Source: the human T2T-CHM13v2.0 reference genome, Homo sapiens. From it: a stretch of DNA of 64,000 nt. Position 1 is the first letter of the stretch. The number at the start of each line of letters is the position of its first letter. The translations under genes and the position numbers were made by a program. The DNA lies in NCBI RefSeq assembly GCF_009914755.1, contig NC_060927.1; one strand, written 5' to 3'. The notes beneath the pieces are model-generated. The model was not told where the DNA came from, searched no databases, and saw nothing but the letters and a program-made list of their open reading frames with translations. Below are positions 45,601 through 58,895 of the stretch, piece after piece.

Positions 45601-48600
45601 CAGCATTAAATGTACACATGTAAAGTCAACATATTTTCCTCTTCTGTTGCTAGTTCATGTGCATTCTTAAGGACCAAGATTCCCAAAATAATTTTCCAAC
45701 TGAACAGCCTCGGAATGATGGCTCAATGACCATAACCAGATCCTATAGCAAGTGATGGCCTTTTTCTGGGTAGCTCCGTGTGGCTTCCCATCCAGCAAGA
45801 TCTCTGAGGTCATATGATTCCTGGAGTCTATTTAATCATCTGAAGAAATTACAGGATTCTAACTGCAATAACTCCTTATGACTAGTTTCATGTGTGTTCA
45901 GGTATACTATCTGTTCAATACAATAAGATACAGATTCCAAGAAATGTATAGATTACTAGAAACCAGTAACCCTCTGGCTTTTCAGCTGGCATTCAAGAAG
46001 TACAGCCCGAGGTGCATACAATTTTAAAATGCACATGTTGACTGATAGAGGCATAAATCGTGGCAGGAGCATAGGGTTCACCTTGCCCTTTAGAAGTGGG
46101 CCTTAAAGGATACCTTCTCAGTTATGTAAGGTGCTCAAGGTTATACTTAAAAGATAATATTTTAAAGTATTTTGCATGTCTGTTAAGTTTTGTACTACCA
46201 CCCCACCTTTTATCCCACAAAGGTAAACACCCTTAGGTGCTACAAGGGATGCTGATATTAAATGCTGGACGGAATCCATCAGGAAATTTGACATTGGATC
46301 TTGGCTTAGCTGCTGATTTTCTTTGCAGCTTTCTGCAAATCGCTTCCCCTCAGTGTCCTTATTCATAAAGTGGAGAGAACAGTACAAGCTTTATGTTAAC
46401 CTTATTACAAGTGTGGGGTCTCAAGTGAGACACTAGACATGGTAGACATAGAAAAGGAGCAGAGCTCTGTCATTTCTAGGTGCATGTCATTATTCTCAGG
46501 GTCATGCAAGGCTACTGGCTAAGTCAAAATAAGAACCTATACTTTGGAGACCCAGGGCAGTATTCAGCTATTCATGAGATAGGCCTATGGTCTATGGCAC
46601 TACAAATTTTTAAAACTGCTGAGAGTCAAAAGCAATGGCTACAAATACCATTAACTAAATCAGGCCTAATCTGACCAATATCTAAGATGGTAAATTTTAA
46701 AACTGAAAGTAAGTTGTCCACCAAGTTGTCAGATATATTCTTACAAAAATAACAGAAACACCTCTTTGTATTTTGATTAAAAATGAACTGGACCTAAAAC
46801 TCTTAAAAGCTTCTCACAAGGCTCTAGCTTCCTTAGCCAATGTGTGCACCTTACCTGAGCTTGCTTCCTTTTCTTTACTTCGTTTTTTTTTTTTTTAAGC
46901 CTTCTTTTTAAAAAGCAAACCTCACTACGGGGAAATATTGATTTTTAACTTACAATCAGGATAATTCATTAGAGGTAACACATTTTCTTTTAGTGATTTG
47001 ATCAGGTGTTTAGCGCAGCTATGTAGACCAGTCCCTTTTGGCATGGGAAGTAGATGACCAATAAATACAAAAACAGATAAACTGAACAAAGCTGCATCAA
47101 AGATCAGAAGAAATAAACTTAATGCTCGTATCATATCACATTTTTCTGTGAAATTCTAGAGCCATGAACTAAGCTCCTTAGATTTCACAATTAATGATTA
47201 CAGCCAGCAGGACCTCACTGATTATGGATATTAAAATTAAACATTTGCCAACCAATTCAAACCCCCATGTCATAAGAAATAGCAGATTAAGAGGCAGTAT
47301 TATACTAACAGACATGCAATATTATAATCCCTGTAGAATATTTTCAAAAGCTTAAAATAGATCTTTTAAAGAAAATAAAAATACATTTTAAAAATATCAT
47401 TTTTTGCTTTCACTGGAAACTACCACAAATAAAAAATTACAAATCACTTAAATCTTGAGTAGAAATTTTATTTGCTTTTAAGAGAATGCTTATTTTTGCA
47501 TATTTTTTTACTCAGTGTACGGTATCAAATGCACATCAATGCCACTTGCCTGTTCCCCAGGAGCCTTTTCCTAAGTGATTTTCCCCAGTACACTTGCTGC
47601 AAGGATAGGAGTCAATGCTAGAAGGCACTTCCCAGTGCCATGCTGTGTGCACTGTCCTACCCAAGGCAAATTCGGAAGGAACAGCCATTACACACGGCCA
47701 TTAAATGTTTAAAGGGCACAGGTGCTCTGTTGCAACGGCCTTTGAAGGTCAACAAGTCCTGTTTTCCTAGAAAGGCCTCTGGATAGATCTATTTTTCTTT
47801 TTATTATAACCACATTCTTTCCACAAAGAAAACAATCACTCTTAAAAAAATACTTTCAGAGGAATTAACAGTCAATGCCTAGCTTATAAACAATTATATA
47901 ATCATGTTTTTCAAAAGGCTGACAAGCGAATGCTATTTTTTAATTTATGAATACTGACGACACCTACTGGTGGAAAATATATTTTAGTTAACTGCTTATG
48001 GAGAAGCTAGGCCTACAAGGGTTGGCTGCCTTTTGCGCTGATAAGGAAACCAGAAAACTACCCACTAAACTCACTTAGATTTCTTTTTCCAATTTTGCCA
48101 ATTTCCATTATCAGGAAGTGATATGCTCATCGATGAAGCTAAAAGATATCTCTGCCTCAAAGTGTATAAAGCATACTTGATTTAGTGTTTAAATCAAACA
48201 CTAAAAAACAAAAACCCCAATAGTGATATCTGAAAAATATTTACCAACTATTTCCAAAACTATTCCAACCCCTTCCTTATTTCTCACACCAGGATATCCC
48301 CATACGAGGAAAATAAGTCATATTTTATAGTCTAGATCCAGCTACCAATGAAGAAAATTAATATTTGACATGTGATAAGTTTCATATTTGTGATATATAG
48401 ACATATCTATATTCTATGTATAAGAATAAAATGAAATTAAGCAGGCAAGTTTTACCTAAGCCTTTAGCTAAACTACTCAAAAACACAGGACTAAGTAATA
48501 GTAGGAAAGGACTGGTTAGAGTCCTCAGCTATCCTCACTATTCTTTTCTTTGGCCCACTTCAATTTATTAATTTATTGGTTATGCCTTTCTTCCTTACAA

Positions 48601-49642
48601 GTGGAGTTTGAGTGGGCACCAATTGCGCTGCTCCTATGTTGATTAAATTAGGAAGTTCCCACTGAAAAAATATTATATCCATTCCAGGCCTGACCAACCT
48701 GAATTCTATGCAAATGCCACTAGGGCCATCACACTTTCACAGCTGCTGGCAACAAAAACTCTTTGTGATAATATTCGACTGAGCTGGAGTGTAGGGTTGG
48801 GTTTGAGTGAGGGAGAAGTTAGTTTGTGCTCAGTGTATAGAAAGCTGAATACAACCAGAGACTGCTTGGAGTCCTGTCAGCCTGGAGCAGCTCTTGCTAG
48901 AGGAAATGAATCTTTGATGGTGTGCTCCCGAATATACATGATTCAGTGAGCCAAGTGCATACAGCTGAGCAGACCCAAGGAAGGCGAGTGGGTGGAACCT
49001 CAAGAATGCTGTGACAAGGCCGGATGCACACCTGCCTTCAGCCTTTCCCCAGTGGTGGTGGTGATGTTTGATGTTCGCAGAGTGAGGTGTGGGAGAGTGG
49101 AAAGCTCCTAGATACACGCATGAGCGGCAATGACTAGCTGGGTCCTGTGGGTTCCACCGCAGCTTGACCACAGCAAAGCTGTAATCTAGCGAAAGCGACT
49201 GTATTCCCTAAGACCCTCAAAGAGAGGGATGCTTTCTCCTCCAGCTGAACCCAACCTTTAAGGCCAGTGAGCTATGTGCCAGAGAAATAACACGCAAGAG
49301 GAAAAGGCAGACTAAACATAACCTGGGAGCACTCCTTCACATCGCCCGCAAGGCACAGGAAAGTTCCCAGAAAGAGAAATGTTTCCAATGTTCCAAGGCA
49401 GCTTTCCATTGACCCTAAGGACTTTAATTCATTTTCAAGATCCATGTGGGAGACACTCCAATTTACTCATTTAGCCCCAGCCCCCCGGCTGAATGACCCT
49501 CACTGGCCACAGGTGATAGGCAGAGGCGCTGTGTCCTGTTTTTGCTGCCAAAGGGCTGCAAGGCCAAGTCTGACAGGTGAGAGGGCTGGTACGTCCCTCT
49601 GCTCTCACAACCCAGGCAAAAAAAACTCGCTTAAAGGGTAGC

Positions 49643-49689
49643 GACACTGGGGCTTGCTGACACTTCCCTGACACTGGGGCTTGCTGACA
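49643..49689. repeat. 20-bp direct repeat, period 27
   Basis: gacactggggcttgctgaca at 49643 and 49670. Confidence 0.9.
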
Positions 49690-49959
49690 GTAGGAGAAAG
49701 TCCCTCTGAGAGTCCAGACAGAAGATGGACAGTCTGAGAGCCCTGCAAAGGCAAGGAGGCAGTTGCTCCCAGACCGGCAGGTAGAGGGACAGGGAGAGAG
49801 GAGGCAGCTAGTGCTTGGTCCACAGAGAAAAAGCGAGAGAAAAGGAGACAGGGTGAGAGATGGCGACGGGGAGACACAAAGAAGACTGTGGGAGAGATGT
49901 AGAGAGAGAAAGTGGCACACACGGAGAGTGAGAGATGGAAACAGAGACAGTGACACTGG

Positions 49960-50620
49960 ACGGGCGCCGAGAATGGGAGATGGAGGCAGACGAGACAGGC
50001 AGATGACCCATAGAGGTCCAGGTGCAGGGCGCGGCCCTACCTCAGCGTCCTTGGCCGGACCGCTGGCCGGAGGTAGCTCCAGGCTGCAGTTCGCTCTCTT
50101 GACCGTGAGGTAGAAGGGGTAATCCTTGGCCACCATGGCGGCTGCCGGGCCTGCCCTTTGGGATGTCACCGCTGACCCTAGGCGACTACAAAACTCCCAG
50201 GCAAAAGGGGGCCCCAGCTCCACGATGCCGGGCGGCGGCGGCGACACGGAGACCGACAGCCGGCTTCTAGCCGGGCAGGACTCGACTGGGCTCCGGAGCC
50301 GAGTGGGCGGGACCGTGCCAGCCACGCCTTGATGGGTGGGGAGGGGGCGGGCCGCCGGCTCGGCACCGCCCCACGCTGCCGGGAGGGCCCACGTGCCGCA
50401 GCGCGGACACCTCCTGGGGCTGCGAGGGGCGTGGGGCGGTCCCGCGGGTGGAGAGGGACCTCTCTCTCCCCGCTGGTATTCGACTCCGGGCGCCCCCGCA
50501 GAGCGTGGGCCGCGATTGCGGGGCAGGCAGACCCCATGATAGCTCCTTTCGGGCTCTTTGGCACTCTCCGGGTGAAAGGCTGCTGGTAGAAAGGAGGCTG
50601 GGGCGAAACCGGGCAACGGG
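49960..50620 (-). promoter_or_regulatory. ARHGEF3: CpG island / promoter and 5' UTR of ARHGEF3
   Basis: Only densely CpG-rich, GC-rich segment of the window; spans the ATG exon; GC boxes GGGCGG near 50305 and 50345; no upstream ATG between 50137 and 50330. Confidence 0.9.
50041..50136 (-). CDS. ARHGEF3: ARHGEF3 first coding exon of the CpG-island isoform (MVAKDYPFYLTVKRANCSLELPPASGPAKDAE)
   Basis: ATG at 50136 in perfect Kozak context gccgccATGg; 96 nt; donor GAG|gtaggg at 50040; peptide matches the recalled N-terminus of human ARHGEF3/XPLN. Confidence 0.97.
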
Positions 50621-50774
50621 GAGAAAGGAGGCTGTAGTGACACCTGGAGGCAGGAAGGAGCCTGGGGGGAAAAGCGAGCGTTTTAAAAGCCCACATTAGA
50701 AAGGGGTGGTGTTCTCTCTTACCCTGTTCCCAGGCCACTGCACGTTTTTTTTGTTTTGTTTTGTTTTTGTTTGG

Positions 50775-50945
50775 TTTTTTAAATGAATGTCAGTGGAATA
50801 TAATCTACAAATGGCAAAATGCACCCATTTTAAGAGTACCGTTTGTTGAGTTCTGACAAATGTAAACACCCGTATAACCACCTCCACAGTCGGTATACGA
50901 AACATTTCCACCACCCCCGGAAAATTCCCTCGAGACCTTTCCCAC
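50775..50945 (-). mobile_element. L1ME-like 3' end fragment
   Basis: aaaatgcacccattttaag..gacaaatgtaaacacccgtataaccac..aacatttccaccacccc. Confidence 0.7.
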
Positions 50946-51550
50946 TTTGCACCAACTTTTAAATTTGACTAGCATATTCAGAGGCTGCCTGACACTCGAG
51001 GGCAATCTGACAGAGTGTCCTTCAAGTATAAAGCTGTGCATGGATGACCCGGCACTACCACACCTTTCTGGATCCTTTTTGGAGAAACAATGACATTATA
51101 AATGCCCAAGAAGGCGATTGATCATAAGGTTGTTTGCAGCAGCCCTGTCTGGGGCAGTAAAAAATAAAAAATAACTGGAAACAATGGTAATATATCCATC
51201 AATAGGGAGTGCTTAAATAAACTTTCTTCACTGTGTAATACCGCTTAGCAGCAGTGAAAAAGGAGATGGGTCTATGGGTGTGGCATGGAAAGATCTCCAA
51301 TGTATTAGACTCAGTTTAAAAATAATTGCAGACTAAGCATAATACAATACCATTTGTGTTAAAAAAAAATACAAGTTTACCAAAGAATATCATATATTTT
51401 CTATAAAGACATATTTGTGGGTAAATAGCATTGAACACTGTCTACAAGAATCCACAGCAAGCTTTTACCAGTTCCCCTGTGGCTGAAGGGAGGCACCTGG
51501 GTTTAAAGAATTAAAGATAGTGAACAAAAGGGACTTAAGCTTATAGCTCA

Positions 51551-52150
<600 letters not shown>

Positions 52151-52217
52151 GAAAAATACCTTCATTCATGGCACTTCTTGGGAAATTATAGTTTTTTAAA
52201 ATATTATAATTATCATA

Positions 52218-52521
<304 letters not shown>

Positions 52522-53566
52522 CTAAAATGATCATCTCTCAAAAGTTATTTTGTAGACTGTACTGTTGAATCTTTTTCCTCCTCATGTGGAAAGTCATGAC
52601 TACATCAGGTGGTGATCTATGGAGACACTATCTTTTGTTTTTACTTCCTGGGGATGCAGGGGATAGTGGGAATGGTGATATCCAGTCCCTGTTTGCGTGC
52701 TCTTTGCTTCTAGCTGAGGTCAGAACCCAGCAGTTCCTACTTCTCAGGCAGGACACCTCATAATACATAGCTCTTCATCCCAGGTATCAAATCCACACCC
52801 TCACACTAAATCCACTTACTTTCCTACCCAGCTAGTGCAGACAAACTGCCTTTGGAGGCAGAAAGAATTGGGCCCTGTGTAACCAGCCTGTTATTACCAC
52901 ACATGTAAATGAAGCTCCTGAATGGGTGGAGGTTCCAACTGAAATTGAAGAGAGCACCTGAGTTTTTTTCCCTCGATAGATAACCTGAAGCAATAGGAAG
53001 AAAACTGTCTCAGAAGAGGTATGGGGCAGGAAAGAGCACCTCAGAACCACTGATTTTTCCTATTTGTATTCCTGAACACAATTTTATCCTTTTAGCCTGA
53101 GCTGTGCTGATGGGGAGCTCACACAAGTGCTCCAAAAGCTTAGCCAAGCTTGGTGGGGGTGTGAGAGTAACCTCATCTCCAAGTAGCCCCTGATTAACTA
53201 TGCAGCCAAAGGCAGGGCCAGAGGCAGTGACATGCGTCACTCAGGGCTTGTCTGGCCACCAAGAACCTGTGCCCAAGTACCCGAGCCACTTCTTATTCCT
53301 CTTTCTCTGCCTGCTCTTCTGGCCCTCACAGTCCACTATCTCAACTAGAACACATTTGCCATCAAAGCCACTGGCTTTGACTCCCAGAAGAGCTTGCTGG
53401 GCCGTGTTCTCAAGTTGGAAAATATACTTACAGCACTTGGTGAAGAAAATAGTCACCCTGGCGACGTCTGATAGCCCTGGGACTGGGTTGCTCATTGCAG
53501 TATCCTTAGGGCCAAGCAGGGAGTCTGACATACCATAAATCCAGTGTAACAGTAAACAAACCCTAA

Positions 53567-53884
<318 letters not shown>

Positions 53885-55228
53885 TAAAGTGCAACTTAGG
53901 TTGAAGCACAACTATTGCAGAGCAATGAACAGTCATATTGATTGATGAGAAGGCTGCCGTATCCATCTTCTCTTAAAACATTTCTTTGCTTTCCTTAAAA
54001 TATACTGGAGCCATAAAAATCAATAAATACACAGGGCTACACAACATATATATGACAAACATACCTCTTTTCCACTATACATGCTAGGCAAAGAGAGACA
54101 GACAGAGGCAGAGAGATTACTAATGGCCTGTAACAATTTAAATAGTGCTATAAAAAAGCATAAGCTACAAAAGGAAAGATGGGAATCTGGAATTCTCTTG
54201 GGTGGTCTGATTCTTCCAAGCTTCTTATAGCACGAATGTCTCACCATCCAGAATAGGATTCTGGTGTTTAAATACAGATATTTTTGGTACAACAAAGCCT
54301 ATAAACTCAAGCCAGCAATTTGGGGTGCATACAAGCCATGTATATGGTCCTTGAGGCATTTAACAAATTTTTCAGGAGTATTTTTTTTTAACTTCCATCA
54401 GTATATAGGTTAAGGTCAGGATTAGCTATTTCAGGAGTATTTCTGACCTCATGCAATTTCCACCTTGGTCCCTGACTTCAGCACCTTCCCCATATGTAAT
54501 GCACTGCTCCACCATTGACAGATTGGGGTTTTAGGCAATCTGCCTGAGACACTATCTGGGGGTGTCCGTGAACAAAGACTGTCAGAAAACAGGCACCCCT
54601 GCAGGAGGGCCTCCAAGCATATCCCTAAGGTTAGTGTCACAGTTGAGGGAAGCTGGTCCAGTCCTGCAATGCCGCCAAGCTAAGTGGCCCCAGGAGCCCA
54701 GAGCTCCCCATTCTGCCTGTGTGTGTGTTTACGGGCTTAGGAACAACACTGCTCTAACAGGCAGCTTCACTCAAAGAAACGGCACAAAGTGTCTTTCAGA
54801 ACTTGCCTTCGGCATAGCCCGTTATAATCCTATAAAATGCTTCACAGCCGGGCAGTGTTCCTTGCCAGCCAGAAGCCTGGAGACTGAAATAAAGAGGGCT
54901 GTTCTGCATTTGCAGGAACTGTGCCAAGCACAGGGCCTGTGGTCTTGCCTGTGTTGAGCGGGGGTCATTTGGGCTGCTGGTGGAATGGTAGGCCTGAATA
55001 CAGAAGCCCACCACTGGTTATTAGCTCCTTTTAGACTTGCAGACAACCAGGCATGGCTTGGAGACCATCTGTCAACTCCTTAAATCCCAGTCCCATGACT
55101 GGGAGCAGAGCAGGCCTAGCCTGAGGATAAAACCAGAAGCTAACATGGCTGTGACAGCCTTCTCAGCCAACAGGACAATGCTTTGTGTCCTATTAGCGTT
55201 ATATTTTAACATAAGGAATAGCGAGTTC

Positions 55229-55524
<296 letters not shown>

Positions 55525-56164
55525 TGAGTTCCTTTTTCTTTAAAGGCTTGTTCATCCATCCGTTCATTCATTTATCAAATAATTAATGAATGCTTATTAC
55601 AGTCAGGTGTTCAATTAGATACATTTCTCCCCTCCTCTTCTCCACCCATTCCTGAACTTCTATGCCAGGCAGATGTTTAATACATACTTGCTCAAAGAAT
55701 AAGGCCAATTTTAAAATGTGGCCTTTCAATTGTAACCTATGTGTTTACATTTGAATAAGGAGCTCAAGGAACAGTAGCTGATCCCCGAAAGCCTGGGCCT
55801 CCAATATGTGTACCTCTGTTTGCTTTCCCTGGTATCTGAAGTCATCTCTTCTACCTGCTAAAGTGGCATGGATGTGTAGGTATATGGTGGGCACATGAGT
55901 GTTGCAACACCTTTCCCCTCCCCTTCCATTTGGGTGACATTTCCAGTTAATGACCAAGCCCCCCTCTCCTCTCTCTAATTTCAGTTTTGATGGGGAGGGA
56001 ACCTAAAGAAGTTCTGGCAGTGAATTCTGACAGATCAGGACTGTGATTTACTGCTAGATAGGTAAAAATGGCACAAATGAAGCAACTATCATCTCTAAAC
56101 TCATACCAGTATTACTATTCTCCCTTTGCCTGAGGAGCTGTCCACTGACTCCAGTCTAGATTTA

Positions 56165-56494
<330 letters not shown>

Positions 56495-56639
56495 CTAAAG
56501 CTGGAAGGCTTAATTCTTGCATTTTCTTTAAGGTCTCATTTTCTGAAAAACTGGTTAAAGGAGAGTATCTCTCTCTCCCAGCTGAGCTAATCCTGTGGAT
56601 TATCAGCTATAAAGCAAAAAAAATAGTAATAATAAATTA

Positions 56640-56960
<321 letters not shown>

Positions 56961-57069
56961 AATTAGCTATGAAATTAGCAAATTTTTTTGTTTTTTCAAA
57001 AAAATAATAATATTGAAGTGTTTTGCCCTGAAACATCATAAACATTTGCTAGCCTCTGGTTCATAAGAG

Positions 57070-57289
57070 CAATACTTCTCAACCAATGGTGATTTTACCT
57101 CCCAGCAGATATTTGGCACTGTCTGGATGTATTTTTGATTGATTGTCAGTGGACAAGGCCAGGGTGCCATTGGCATCTAATAGGTAAAGGCCAGGGATGC
57201 TGTTAACACTTATGATACACAGAACAGCTTCCCATAACAAAGAATTAGCAGGTCCAAAATGCCAATAGTGCCACTATTGAGAAACGCTG
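57070..57289 (+). mobile_element. MER20
   Basis: ttctcaacc..ggcatctaataggtaaaggccagggatgctg..ttgagaaacgctg. Confidence 0.85.
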
Positions 57290-58069
57290 TGGTAAAGAGA
57301 GAGTGGTCCTGAAATATGGTATTGGAGCCAAGGGAATCTGTGGGTATTGACCTCAAGGTATTTTCACTTCAGACTTTGATCATTGATTAGTATCAAATAT
57401 CAGCTTAGGCTTGGTGGGGCAAAGAAGAAATGCTTGAGTGCCAAGAAACCCCAGAACAGGGCAATGAATCAAGTCTTCCCTGATGCCCAAACCTGACCGT
57501 TGGCTGAATAACAAATTCCATAAAACACAAGACAGACAAAAGAATAAAGAGGAATATAGGAGTAAGGGAGTGAGGGGACAGAAAACTGTCTTAAACTGCT
57601 TCAGGTACACAAATATACTTTAAAACACCAGTGAAAATTAAAATTTCAATGAAATATAATAAAGAAGAAACCAGGGAAGAGGGAATTTTTTTCAAGTCTT
57701 ATTCTTCCCCAGGACAACCTTTGCCACTATATTTGTTTTGGGGGGCAGAAATGCAAACTCAGTGATTAAATGAAAACCCTAAGGGGTTTAATTTACTATT
57801 TTCTTGATATATGGTGTTTCTGGATGCACGGTTTGTATAAACAAAAACCTGTCTCACTGAAGATTTTGCAGTAAGAAACCTGACCTTCTCCAATTTGAAC
57901 TTATAACTATCAGCAGGCTTGTTCTGCCCACAGAAGTAATAAAACATTTTCTGTGTACTACTAGAGTGTCTTTGAATTTTCTGGAGAGTCTGCCTTTGAG
58001 AGTATTTCATATTTGGGGGTTAAGGATTCAATAAATATGTTATATTTAATTTTTAAAATATTTTTTACT

Positions 58070-58366
<297 letters not shown>

Positions 58367-58600
58367 ATATATTTATTTAGTTATTTATTCCCCTCAGACT
58401 ACAACTAAGGTATTCCTTTATGTGGGTTTCGTATAGTAACCATTATTCAGAGAAATTAGAACCTAAAATGTATACATTCCAGCTTTGGATATTAGAGGTG
58501 TTTTCTCCTCCATCAACTACAAACTCAGTAATCAAAGTACCGTATTTTGTCGAACCTAAGACTGTAATATGTGCTATTATTTTATGTACTCTCTAAAATA

Positions 58601-58895
58601 GGCTGGGTGTGGTGGCTTACCCCTGTCATCTCAGCACTTTGGGAAGCTGAGGCGGGCAGATCATTTGAGCCCAGGAGTTGGAGACCAGCCTGGGCAACAT
58701 GCTGAAACCCTGTCGCTACAAAAAATAGACAAAGTAACTGGCATGGTGGCACACATCTGTAGTCCCAGCTACTCGGGAGGCTTGAACCCAGGAAGCAGAG
58801 GTTGCAGTGAGCTTGAGACTATACCACTGCACTCCGGCCTGGGTGACAGAGAGAGACTGAGTCTCAAAAACAAAAAGAAAAGAAAAGAAAAGAAA
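58601..58895 (+). mobile_element. AluJb
   Basis: Diverged dimer with an internal deletion. Confidence 0.85.

Noticed and set aside
46849-46900. Minus-strand donor CAG|GTAAGG
   Set aside because: Upstream is an A-run with no credible acceptor or start codon
46925-47134. 69-aa ATG ORF with a hydrophobic, signal-like N-terminus
   Set aside because: T-rich intronic DNA yields hydrophobic peptides by chance; no splice, promoter or homology support visible
48181-48205. 10-bp inverted repeat tttagtgttt / aaacactaaa
   Set aside because: Short and AT-rich; within chance expectation
50184-50202. ACTACA..TCCCAG, ZNF143/THAP11-like motif in the 5' UTR
   Set aside because: Spacer is 2 nt longer than consensus; cannot support
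49471-50643. 390-aa ORF
   Set aside because: Starts at GTG; only 32 codons are the real ARHGEF3 exon, the rest is stop-poor CpG island and CT-rich intron read-through
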